A stretch of DNA of 64,000 nucleotides from a bacterium (GTDB lineage: Bacteria; Bacillota; Clostridia; Oscillospirales; CAG-272): the NCBI GenBank assembly GCA_963627065.1, contig CAVGAA010000003.1:52361-116360 (forward strand), given 5' to 3'. Made by a program: the position numbers and the translations under genes. Positions within the stretch are counted from its first letter, which is position 1. Every line of letters begins with the position of its first letter. The notes under the pieces were generated by a model. It saw only the letters and a list, made by a program, of their open reading frames with translations, was not told where the DNA came from and made no database searches. Below are positions 1-8,019 of the stretch, piece after piece.

Positions 1-517
1 AGGATTCCAGCCCAACACTGCTTTTGCTGTCCGCATCGCCGTCACCCGACTGCCTGCGACCGCCGAGTCCGTCACCGCTACCGCCGGTTGTTAAGAATTT
101 GACGGCATCCTCACGGAGATCGTCAACCGCCACACCGGTATTTTCGAGAATACGGTTTGCCACGCAGTCGCTCTCATCGAGCAGGGCAAGGAGCAAATGC
201 TCCGTGCCGATGTAATTCTGACCGTATCTTTGCGATTCGGCAAGAGAATTTTCAATAATGTGTTTGGTCCTCGGAGTCAGATCGTCATAGCCGATATCGG
301 TCGGCGAGCCTTGACCTGCCATTGCGACAATTGCATCCTGAATCCGTTCGGCGGATGCCCCTCTGCCGAGGAGCAGTTGTGCCGATGCACCGGCTTCTTC
401 ACTCAAAAGAGCCAAAAGCAGATGTTCCGAACCGACATAGGTGTGACCGAGATTCGATGCAAGTTGCATCGCAATTCCGATGACCTGTTGTGCTTTTTTC
501 GTAAAACGTGTTGCCAT
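1..517 (-). CDS. clpC: ClpC (class III stress ATPase), N-terminal fragment; the gene runs off the left edge
   Basis: Absent from the ORF track because no stop lies inside the window. Reverse-complement translation from the ATG at 517 gives MATRFTKKAQQVIGIAMQLASNLGHTYVGSEHLLLALLSEE...RYGQNYIGTEHLLLALLDE, which is two Clp_N repeats. It lies directly downstream of ctsR-mcsA-mcsB, as in the canonical Firmicutes operon. An AAAGGA RBS sits about 10 nt upstream. Confidence 0.85.
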   Translation of the reverse strand, partial: MATRFTKKAQQVIGIAMQLASNLGHTYVGSEHLLLALLSEEAGASAQLLLGRGASAERIQDAIVAMAGQGSPTDIGYDDLTPRTKHIIENSLAESQRYGQNYIGTEHLLLALLDESDCVANRILENTGVAVDDLREDAVKFLTTGGSGDGLGGRRQSGDGDADSKSSVGLES

Positions 518-594
518 ATCAATCATTCCTTTCTGTTAGGAATAAATAATAGTTAAGAGAAAATAGTGAATAATGAATAGTTAATGGCGAAAAG

Positions 595-1620
595 TTATTT
601 GCTTTCACCCGAGAGTTGCACCCGAATCTTTTCGGCACGCAGACGGTCACGTTCCGAGGCATTCTTCGGTGCATTCTTTTCGGACAAAGTCAAGGTTGCC
701 GGCATCACGCCGACCAAGAGATTGCCGAGTTGCTCGTAGGTAATATCCTTGACGATACCGAGTGAGATGCCGAGTCTCAACTCTGCGAACAGACGGATGA
801 ATTCGGACGAGGACATTCTGTACGCATATTTGAGTGTACCTTCCGCACGGAGAATTTCGTCGGTCAGTTCTTCGAGTGCCTCGCCGGAGATTGCTCTCCT
901 TGCCTTGCGTTCGCTCTCGCTGATCTGTGCCACCGCATCCGAAAGTTTTTTCAGCGTTTCTTCTTCGGTGATACCGAGCGTAATCTGGTTGGAAATCTGG
1001 TACATATATCCGGCAGAACCCGATCCTTCACCGTAAAGTCCACGGACGGTCAAACCGATTTTCGAGAGTTGTACCGACAGCGAATCCATATAACCACGGC
1101 GGGTGAGGGCAGGAAGGAACATCATGACTGACGCACGCATACCCGTACCGAGATTGGTGGGGCAGTGGGTGAGGTAACCGAGTTTGTCACTGTAAGCAAA
1201 GTCAAATTCTTCATCCAACCGCTGTTCGACTCTCGATGCGTTCTTATAAGCCTCGTTGAGTGCCAGACCTCCCAAAATGCTCTGAATCCGCAAATGGTCC
1301 TCCTCGCAGACCATAACGGCAAGTCCTTCGGCTTCATGCATAAGCAGGGCGTGGGGTGTTTTCTTTTCGGCAAACTCCGGACTGACCTCGTGGCGTTCCA
1401 CGTAGGAAGTCGCTTCGAGTTGCGAAAGTCTGTCAAAGTCAATTTTTTTGAATCCGCTCTGCATCAACGGTGCGGAAACTTTTTCGATAATTTCTTTTGC
1501 ACCCTTGTCATCCAGTTTTGATGCGAAGGGGTAACCGACAATATTTCTTGCAAGACGGACACGACTGCTTACAACCGTGTCTGCATCTTTACCGACCGTA
1601 TTGAACCAAGCCATAATCAT
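595..1620 (-). CDS. mcsB: Protein arginine kinase McsB (ATP:guanido phosphotransferase family)
   Basis: 341-aa ORF with motifs VVSSRVRLARNIVGYPF and CPTNLGTGMRASV. Its start overlaps the mcsA stop by 4 nt. It sits between mcsA and clpC. Confidence 0.9.
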   Translation of the reverse strand: MIMAWFNTVGKDADTVVSSRVRLARNIVGYPFASKLDDKGAKEIIEKVSAPLMQSGFKKIDFDRLSQLEATSYVERHEVSPEFAEKKTPHALLMHEAEGLAVMVCEEDHLRIQSILGGLALNEAYKNASRVEQRLDEEFDFAYSDKLGYLTHCPTNLGTGMRASVMMFLPALTRRGYMDSLSVQLSKIGLTVRGLYGEGSGSAGYMYQISNQITLGITEEETLKKLSDAVAQISESERKARRAISGEALEELTDEILRAEGTLKYAYRMSSSEFIRLFAELRLGISLGIVKDITYEQLGNLLVGVMPATLTLSEKNAPKNASERDRLRAEKIRVQLSGESK

Positions 1621-2159
1621 TTTCCTTCTTTCTCATTTTCGTTCTGCAACGAACGGATTTCGTCACGCAAGGTTGCGGCTTTTTCATATTCTTCCGCCTT
1701 GATTGCGTTTTCCAAATCTTTTTTGAGCGTTTTCAGTTTGTTGTCCCGCTCTTTCTTTGCACGGTGACGGGAGGGGACATTTCCCGTGTGCGAGGTTGTG
1801 CCGTGAACCGAACCGATGATGTCCGAAAGTTCGTCGCCGAAAGTTTCGTAACATTGCGGGCAACCGACACGTCCCGTCTTTGCAATGTCGCTGTAAGTCG
1901 AACCGCAGACGGGGCATTTCTTTTCAGGCTCGGCGGAACGGAGGGCCGGCATACCGAAGAATCCGGAGAAGAACGGATCGTGGAACTCCGCAAACGGATC
2001 TGCAAAATTCGTGAACATCGAATTCATATCCTGAATTTCTCCGTTTTCCTGCATCTTTTCGGCACAATCGGAGCAAAGTGCGTAGGAACGGGTTTTCCCG
2101 TTGATATTTTCGTTATAGAATACATTAGCCGTATTTTTCTTACATTTTTCGCAAAGCAT
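1617..2159 (-). CDS. mcsA: McsA (activator of McsB): N-terminal zinc-ribbon Cys pairs plus C-terminal UVR domain
   Basis: MLCEKCKKNTA...CSDCAEK and CPVCGST...CPQCYETF Cys pairs, then the UVR-like segment KAEEYEKAATLRDEIRSL. The track ORF starts at 2168, but GGAAAGG abuts that ATG, whereas the ATG at 2159 has about 9 nt of spacing. Confidence 0.85.
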   Translation of the reverse strand: MLCEKCKKNTANVFYNENINGKTRSYALCSDCAEKMQENGEIQDMNSMFTNFADPFAEFHDPFFSGFFGMPALRSAEPEKKCPVCGSTYSDIAKTGRVGCPQCYETFGDELSDIIGSVHGTTSHTGNVPSRHRAKKERDNKLKTLKKDLENAIKAEEYEKAATLRDEIRSLQNENEKEGK

Positions 2160-2264
2160 ATAAATCATCCTTTCCCGAAAGAGTTCTCTTTCCGATTTTC
2201 ATTTTTTGCAATTGATTTTGTCGTTTGGTTGGAAGACTTCTTTGAAGTCTTTGTCGGGCGGTCG

Positions 2265-2717
2265 CTAAACCGACATCAACGAAAGGACAATCTGTTTGAA
2301 GATTTGAGCCCTTGTCGGATTCCGTTCGGCTACCGGCAACCCCGAAAGGGAAGCACCCGAAACCGATGCAACAGCGATTCTGTAACCGTCCTCGCCGAGA
2401 AGTCCGTTTCCGTAAAGGTTTCGCAGGTAAGCCACCGCTTCGCCCTCGTCAATGCTGTCCCCGATTGCACAGAAGAAATGCATCAGATATTCATTTTTGC
2501 TCATTTGCTTTCTCGTAATACGGATGCAACCGCCACCGCCACGGTGCGATTCAATCACATATCCGCGTTCCGGTGTGAAACGGGAAGAAATCACGTAACT
2601 GATTTGACTCGGCACGCAACCGAGTCTGTTTGCCATTTCGTTTCTTTGCAATTCGAGAATTCCGTTGCTCTCGTCCAACATTTCTTCAATCATCTTCGCT
2701 ATGGAGTCTGCTAACAT
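2265..2717 (-). CDS. ctsR: CtsR, transcriptional repressor of class III stress genes
   Basis: 150-aa ORF containing MANRLGCVPSQISYVISSRFTPERGYVIESHRGGGGCIRI (CtsR HTH and glycine-rich loop). It is the first gene of the ctsR-mcsA-mcsB-clpC operon. Confidence 0.9.
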   Translation of the reverse strand: MLADSIAKMIEEMLDESNGILELQRNEMANRLGCVPSQISYVISSRFTPERGYVIESHRGGGGCIRITRKQMSKNEYLMHFFCAIGDSIDEGEAVAYLRNLYGNGLLGEDGYRIAVASVSGASLSGLPVAERNPTRAQIFKQIVLSLMSV

Positions 2718-2774
2718 TTTGTAATCATCCTTTCAAGTTCCTTTCTTTTTTGCCTTCTTTCTTAGTACGCCAAT

Positions 2775-2803
2775 ATTATACACCAAAAGTCAGGGAAAGT
2801 CAA
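2775..2803 (-). promoter_or_regulatory. Sigma-A promoter of the ctsR operon (TTGACT-17-TATAAT)
   Basis: On the minus strand, TTGACT lies at 2803-2798, followed by a 17-nt spacer and TATAAT at 2780-2775, about 55 nt upstream of the ctsR ATG. The -35 hexamer is part of a CtsR heptad. Confidence 0.75.
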
Positions 2804-2840
2804 AGTCAAGGAAAGTCAAAAATCGAAAGTCAAAGTCGAT
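2795..2840. promoter_or_regulatory. CtsR operator array (AGTCAAA heptads)
   Basis: Plus-strand sequence GAAAGTCAAAGTCAAGGAAAGTCAAAAATCGAAAGTCAAAGTCGA. AGTCAAG-GAA-AGTCAAA (2804-2820) fits the published CtsR box (A/G)GTCAAA-NAN-(A/G)GTCAAA. The array overlaps the -35 hexamer. Confidence 0.75.
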
Positions 2841-2924
2841 TAAAGCCGATTAGAAGAAAAAATCATACATTTTTCGCATTTTTTTAAGTTTTTTCACATT
2901 TTTTGAAAGGGGAGAAAAATCGGC

Positions 2925-2937
2925 GAAAGTCAAAGTC
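2925..2937. promoter_or_regulatory. Distal third copy of the GAAAGTCAAAGTC CtsR-box unit
   Basis: Exact 13-mer, identical to the copies at 2795-2807 and 2825-2837. It lies between the ACP terminator and the ctsR promoter. Confidence 0.5.
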
Positions 2938-2949
2938 TTCATCGGTTGA

Positions 2950-2995
2950 AAAACAAAAAGAGAAGACCTGCCGATGCGGAAAGCACCGATAGGTC
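2950..2995 (-). terminator. Rho-independent terminator of the orphan ACP gene
   Basis: Minus-strand GACCTATCGGTGC-TTTCC-GCATCGGCAGGTC forms a 13-position stem with one mismatch and two G-U pairs, followed by TTCTCTTTTTGTTTTT. Confidence 0.7.
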
Positions 2996-3034
2996 TTGAC
3001 AGAAAAATGTTTCTGTGATATAATAAGGTAGATT

Positions 3035-3262
3035 TTAATTTGCGTGGTCTTCGAGATAAGCGACAACGTCGGCAACGGTTACGAACTTATGAATGTCTTC
3101 ATCCTCGATCGTGACACCGAATTTGTCCTCGCAAAGCATAATAAGGTCGGCAAGTTCAATGGAGTTGATACCGAGATCGTTGGCAAGTTCGGACTCCATG
3201 GTAATTTCATCGGCATCCAGCTGAAGTTCTTCCACAAGCAGATTTTTTAAGGTTTCAAACAT
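3035..3262 (-). CDS. Acyl carrier protein (stand-alone)
   Basis: 75-aa acidic protein, ...ELANDLGINSIELADLIMLCEDKFG..., with AcpP-like length and helix II. The phosphopantetheine Ser is in an N-S rather than a D-S context. It has its own promoter and terminator. Confidence 0.8.
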   Translation of the reverse strand: MFETLKNLLVEELQLDADEITMESELANDLGINSIELADLIMLCEDKFGVTIEDEDIHKFVTVADVVAYLEDHAN

Positions 3263-3328
3263 TATAATTTCCTCCGAAAAATAAAATCAGGTTTTCTAAA
3301 CGTGCTGACAGTGTCAACATCAACGTTT

Positions 3329-3357
3329 ATTATAGTACAAAAAAAACGATTTGTCAA
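3329..3357 (-). promoter_or_regulatory. Perfect consensus sigma-A promoter of the orphan ACP (TTGACA-17-TATAAT)
   Basis: On the minus strand, TTGACA lies at 3357-3352, followed by a 17-nt spacer and TATAAT at 3334-3329. Confidence 0.75.
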
Positions 3358-3445
3358 GAGTTTTTTTGAAAACAGATACATTTTATTGTATGTTTTTGCA
3401 AAATAACCGTTATTTTCGGACATTTTTTGAGGAAAAGGAGGCAAA

Positions 3446-5698
3446 ATGCGTATATTTTTTCGCCGACCGCTCGCACTTTCGGTATGCCTTGCCGTAGTTG
3501 TGGCGTGTCTGTCACTCTCGTGGTCCGATAACTGCAAAGCGATTCTCGCCGTCATTCTCCTCGTGACTGCAATCGGCATCGGAATTTTTTCCGTCCTTCG
3601 CCGAAAACGCAACATTATAATTATGACCGCAATTCTTGCGACCTTTGCGACGTCGGCATTGCTCTTCACGTCCTTCCTTTGGTTTCATTCTGTGTCGGAA
3701 CGCTATTCCGCAAAAATCGGAAAAACCGTAACGGCGGAGGGCTATGTCACCGAACGCCTCACCTCGTCTGCCGTATCGGCAAGATTTTCCGTCCGACTAA
3801 CCGAATTTGACGGCGAGCGGTGCTACGATAAAGTTCTCCTGCAATGCAATTCCTATTCGACTTTGCAAATCGGGGACTCTTTCCGCCTGCGGGGCAGTGT
3901 CAGGGACTTTCAAATCGACGATTCCTATGACGAGCAAATCTCGCTCCAAGCCGACGGATTGGTAGCGGTTCTTGTCTGCGAGGAATCAAAAGACTGCGAA
4001 AATTCAGGAAAAACCGTGACGACTCCGGCAATTCTCGCACGCAAGCTCAATCACCGTCTGACCGAAAAACTGTCAACCTATCTCGGAGGCGAGGAGGGGG
4101 CTTTGGCATCCGCCATTCTGCTCGGAAACCGTTCCAAACTCTCCGGCAGTACCACATTGGCATTTCGGCGTTGCGGAGTGTCGCACCTCTTGGCACTCAG
4201 CGGTTTGCATGTGTCCATCCTCATAGCGATTGTCGAATGGGTATTGGGCAGGGCAAGAATTCCCAAAATCGTCCGTCAAGCAATCATTCCGCCACTTGCA
4301 ATTTGCTACCTGATTTTAACCGGTTGCTCCGTGTCGACTGTCCGTGCGGTGCTGATGGTGACGGTTCTGTCACTGGCGTTTCTGTCCTCCGAAAGATACG
4401 ATGCTCTGACGGCTCTCTCGGCAACGCTCTTTTGCATTCTCCTTGCCACACCTTACGCCGTAAAAGACATTTCGCTATGGATGTCCTACGGTGCGACAAC
4501 GGCAATTATTGTTTTCCTGCCGGCTTTGCGACCGCTTTTGCAGTATGATTTTTGGAAACGAATGCCGAAAATATGCGGAAAATGCTTAAAAGGACTTGTC
4601 ACCGCAATCGCCACGGGACTTTTTGCGACCTGCGGAATTTTAGCGGTAACCGTCACATCGGTAGGATCGGTGTCGGTTCTGTCCGTCCCGTTGACATTGG
4701 TCCTTTCGCCACTTATGACGGTAGCTCTCTTTCTCGGTATTTTGTCCTTCCTTTTGCCGATAAAACCTGTCTTTTTCTTGGCAAAACTGTCTCTTTCGGC
4801 AATGCTCGGTATCACCGAACGTGCATCCGAGTGGAAAAACATCCTACTCACGCCGACCGAAAAAGCCGAATGGATTCTGCTCTATATCACGCTTGCCGTC
4901 ACGGTTTCGGTCGCCGTTTTACCGCTACGCCGAAAATATTTCGTCGCATTGCCCCTCGTTCTGTCAGGCGTTTTTCTTCTGCTCGGTTCGCTCGGCACTT
5001 TTCGCTCCGCCGGTATAACCGCCACATCCGTTCACGGTGACGGTGGGGAACAACTGCTCGTGACCGAAGGGAATAACAGCGTTTTGATTGATTTTTCAAG
5101 CGGACTTTCCGACACGGTTTATACAATCACGGATTGCCTGTCGGAGTACGGCGAGAGCGAGGTCGGCGACATCGTTTTCACGCATTACCACGCACGGACG
5201 GTCTGGTCTTTGCAAAGCATTGCAAAACGGGTAAAGGTCCGCCGAGTGCGACTGCCCGTGCCACGCAACGAAGAGGAAAGTGCCATTGCAAACCGAATCG
5301 AGAGCGAGGCGGAGCGACTGAAAATAAAAGTCCGATACGATACGGACGATCTGTCGGTCGATGCCTGCAAAATTTCGTGGTTTTTGCAGACAGGAAACGG
5401 AAAACTCGAAACATCGCTCGGTATGACACTCGAAATCGGCGAAACGGTTGTCACGGCAATGTCCTCACAACTCGTCGGCGGTGACGGTTGGATCGAACGC
5501 TACGAAAATCTTGTCGGCAGTGACGTTCTCATTATTTTATCGCACGGGAGCGGAACGGCAGAAAAGCAGACAATTCGCCTGCCGGAGAGCGTTTCTCTTG
5601 TGATATGGGGCAACGGCGACTGCCAAACCCTGCACCCTTTGACGGACGAGGTCGAGAGATCCTATGTCGGCGAAGAAACCGTCAAAATCCTGCCGTAA
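3446..5698 (+). CDS. comEC: ComEC/Rec2 family DNA internalization channel protein
   Basis: 750 aa, multi-pass membrane protein. The competence-domain signature CGVSHLLALSGLHVSILIA is present, along with a C-terminal metallo-beta-lactamase-like region. A GGAGG RBS precedes the ATG. Confidence 0.85.
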   Translation: MRIFFRRPLALSVCLAVVVACLSLSWSDNCKAILAVILLVTAIGIGIFSVLRRKRNIIIMTAILATFATSALLFTSFLWFHSVSERYSAKIGKTVTAEGYVTERLTSSAVSARFSVRLTEFDGERCYDKVLLQCNSYSTLQIGDSFRLRGSVRDFQIDDSYDEQISLQADGLVAVLVCEESKDCENSGKTVTTPAILARKLNHRLTEKLSTYLGGEEGALASAILLGNRSKLSGSTTLAFRRCGVSHLLALSGLHVSILIAIVEWVLGRARIPKIVRQAIIPPLAICYLILTGCSVSTVRAVLMVTVLSLAFLSSERYDALTALSATLFCILLATPYAVKDISLWMSYGATTAIIVFLPALRPLLQYDFWKRMPKICGKCLKGLVTAIATGLFATCGILAVTVTSVGSVSVLSVPLTLVLSPLMTVALFLGILSFLLPIKPVFFLAKLSLSAMLGITERASEWKNILLTPTEKAEWILLYITLAVTVSVAVLPLRRKYFVALPLVLSGVFLLLGSLGTFRSAGITATSVHGDGGEQLLVTEGNNSVLIDFSSGLSDTVYTITDCLSEYGESEVGDIVFTHYHARTVWSLQSIAKRVKVRRVRLPVPRNEEESAIANRIESEAERLKIKVRYDTDDLSVDACKISWFLQTGNGKLETSLGMTLEIGETVVTAMSSQLVGGDGWIERYENLVGSDVLIILSHGSGTAEKQTIRLPESVSLVIWGNGDCQTLHPLTDEVERSYVGEETVKILP

Positions 5699-5866
5699 CT
5701 TAACCCAAAATAAAGACTTCACCGTAAAATCCGAAATCTGTGGTTATGTGACAATTTTTTTCATAATTTTTCACATTTTTTTCTCAAAAATGCGTGATAG
5801 CCTTAACTTTACGGGTTTATAATATAGGCATTAAAACAAAGTTGGGCAACCAAGGAGGCAAACACT

Positions 5867-7093
5867 ATGGAAAACAACAATTCGAACAATTACACGTATC
5901 AGTACACGGCACCGCAAAAGCCGAAAAAAGAACGCAGAAACCGAGGGTTCGGTTGGATTATCGCACTTGCAATTTGCTTTGCCCTTTTGGGAGGCGTGAT
6001 CGGCGGAGGACTTGTCTGGGGCGTTTCTCACAGCTCTACGGCAGTCGAAAACGGCGGTACGTCTTCTTCCACCACAACCATTCAGCAGGGCAAGCATACT
6101 ACCACGACAATCAATGTCAATGAAATCGATACGACAAAAGTGATGACACCGGCGGAAGTTTACGCAAAGTACGTCAACTCCACGGTCGGTATTACATCAA
6201 CCGTCACAAGCACGAACGCATGGGGACAGACGTCTTCGTCCACTGCGTCCGGATCGGGTTTCATTCTCACGGAAGACGGCTATATCGTCACAAATTACCA
6301 TGTGGTCGAGGGCGGAACGAATATCAAAGTCAGCACCTATGACGGTACATCCTACGATGCAACGATCATCGACTACGATGACGGCAACGACTTGGCTGTT
6401 CTGAAAGTCAACGCAACCGGATTTACGCCCGTTGTACTCGGTTCTTCTTCAAACCTCAACGTCGGCGACACGGTGCTGGCAATCGGCAATCCGCTCGGTG
6501 AATTGACCTTCTCACTCACGTCCGGTATCGTCAGTGCCCTTGATCGTGAAATCACCTTCTCGGACGGCAGTGTCATGGACCTCATTCAGACCGACTGTGC
6601 CATTAACTCGGGCAACTCCGGCGGAGCACTTTTCAATCTCTATGGCGAGGTTATCGGCATTACCAACGCAAAATATTCCGGCAGTTCTTCGTCCGGTGCA
6701 TCGATCGATAACATCGCATTTGCCATTCCGATCGACAGCATCCGCTCCATTGTCGAAAGTATCATCGAAAACGGCTATTATGTCAAGCCTTATATCGGCG
6801 TGACCGTGATTGATGTCACAACGAGCGTCCAAAGTTATTACGGCATTCCGGCAGGTGCGTTGGTGCGTGAAGTGACCTCCGGCGGTCCTGCGGAAACGGC
6901 AGGCATCAAGCAGAGCGACGTCATTACGGCGGTGAACGGAACGAATATCACGGGATCTGCCGCACTGAAAAGAGCCATTGCGAAATGCAAAGTCGGCGAC
7001 ACACTCGAGTTGACAATTTGGAGACAGAACAGTACCTTGACGGTAACCGTTACAATCGGCGAAACACAAAGTCAGAACGCAACCAAATCTTGA
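5867..7093 (+). CDS. HtrA/DegP-type S1C serine protease with N-terminal membrane anchor and C-terminal PDZ domain
   Basis: Catalytic triad contexts VTNYHVVEG, GNDLAVLKV and NSGNSGGALFN. TM segment WIIALAICFALLGGVIGGGLVWG. PDZ-like tail GALVREV..GPAETAGIKQSDVITAVNG. Confidence 0.88.
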   Translation: MENNNSNNYTYQYTAPQKPKKERRNRGFGWIIALAICFALLGGVIGGGLVWGVSHSSTAVENGGTSSSTTTIQQGKHTTTTINVNEIDTTKVMTPAEVYAKYVNSTVGITSTVTSTNAWGQTSSSTASGSGFILTEDGYIVTNYHVVEGGTNIKVSTYDGTSYDATIIDYDDGNDLAVLKVNATGFTPVVLGSSSNLNVGDTVLAIGNPLGELTFSLTSGIVSALDREITFSDGSVMDLIQTDCAINSGNSGGALFNLYGEVIGITNAKYSGSSSSGASIDNIAFAIPIDSIRSIVESIIENGYYVKPYIGVTVIDVTTSVQSYYGIPAGALVREVTSGGPAETAGIKQSDVITAVNGTNITGSAALKRAIAKCKVGDTLELTIWRQNSTLTVTVTIGETQSQNATKS

Positions 7094-7183
7094 TTTACCG
7101 CAATTCCGCAAATCGCTGTTAAGGAAAATCACAATACGAAATAAAGCGATTCAGAAAATCGTAATTTCGAATATTCCGTAAAT

Positions 7184-7229
7184 AAGAAAGCCCCGAAAGG
7201 CAACTCCTGTCAGGGCTTTCTTTGTATTT
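7184..7229 (+). terminator. Probable intrinsic terminator after the protease gene
   Basis: AAGAAAGCCC...GGGCTTTCTT forms a 10-bp stem with a 19-nt loop, followed by a TGTATTT tail. Confidence 0.55.
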
Positions 7230-7233
7230 GCTC

Positions 7234-7262
7234 TTGACAAAATAGTCAAAAAGTGCTATAAT
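7234..7262 (+). promoter_or_regulatory. Perfect consensus sigma-A promoter (TTGACA-17-TATAAT)
   Basis: TTGACA at 7234-7239 and TATAAT at 7257-7262, 37 nt upstream of the HAD gene ATG. Confidence 0.75.
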
Positions 7263-7298
7263 AAAACAAGAATACAAAACCGAAAAGGAGTTTTTGTT

Positions 7299-8006
7299 AT
7301 GATAAAACTGGTTGCATTTGATTTAGACGGTACTTTGACGCAACATAAAACGAAACTTGAAAAGATGAACAGGTCTGCCCTCACGGCACTCGGAAAAAAA
7401 TACAAACTGCTCATGGTCGGGGCAGGGCAGTGTATGCGAATTTTTAACCAAATGGAGTTTCCGATTGACATCATCGGCAACTACGGAATGCAGGAAAGCC
7501 GATATGACGAAAAGAGCAACACGCAAGTGATGCTGAAAGATGCCGTTTGCCCCTGCGATAAAGCATCCGTTTCGGCAAGAGCCGAGCAGATCCGAACGAA
7601 ATACGGCTTTACGGAGTACACCGGCGACAGTGTCGAATTTCACCCGTCGGGATGCGTGACGATCGCCCTTTGCGGAACGAGGGCAGATCAAGCGACCAAA
7701 CTTGCATTCGATCCCGACCGCTCAAAACGGCGGAAAATCTATGACGAGGTCTGCGAACTGTTCCCCGAATATAATGTTTTTGTAGGCGGTTCGTCCTCCT
7801 TTGATATGGCACCGAAACCGTACAATAAATATTACGCACTCGACTTGTACTGCCGTGAATACGGCTACGCTCACAACGAGGTCGTTTTCTTCGGAGACGA
7901 TTACGGCAGAGGAGGCAATGACGAATCGGTCTACCGCTCGGATTTCGGATTCCTCTGCGTTGACGATTACAGAACCTTTGCAAAAATCGCCGAACAATTG
8001 CTGTAA
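7299..8006 (+). CDS. HAD-superfamily (Cof/IIB-like) sugar-phosphate phosphatase
   Basis: Motif I MIKLVAFDLDGTLT at the N-terminus and C-terminal FFGDDYGRGGNDE (motif IV-like). 235 aa. Confidence 0.7.
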   Translation: MIKLVAFDLDGTLTQHKTKLEKMNRSALTALGKKYKLLMVGAGQCMRIFNQMEFPIDIIGNYGMQESRYDEKSNTQVMLKDAVCPCDKASVSARAEQIRTKYGFTEYTGDSVEFHPSGCVTIALCGTRADQATKLAFDPDRSKRRKIYDEVCELFPEYNVFVGGSSSFDMAPKPYNKYYALDLYCREYGYAHNEVVFFGDDYGRGGNDESVYRSDFGFLCVDDYRTFAKIAEQLL

Positions 8007-8019
8007 AGGACAATAGAAA

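Noticed and set aside
24-556. Plus-strand ORFs 24..215 and 197..556 at the left edge.
   Set aside because: They are shadow frames of the minus-strand clpC N-terminus. The clpC translation shows two clean Clp_N repeats and correct operon context, while the plus-strand translations are low-complexity and rich in Ser, Pro, Arg and Cys.
1764-2714. 316-aa plus-strand ORF spanning mcsA and ctsR.
   Set aside because: It is antisense to two well-supported genes and crosses their intergenic region. It has no RBS and an implausible composition.
2795-2937. The repeated 13-mers GAAAGTCAAAGTC, considered as a mini CRISPR array or a mobile-element terminal repeat.
   Set aside because: The units are too short and irregularly spaced (30 and 100 bp), and no cas or transposase genes are present. 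The sequence equals the CtsR heptad consensus and sits on the ctsR promoter.
3262-3669. 135-aa minus-strand ORF overlapping the acp-comEC divergent promoter region and the comEC 5' end.
   Set aside because: It would have to start inside comEC and read through two promoters. It has no RBS and a basic, low-complexity translation.
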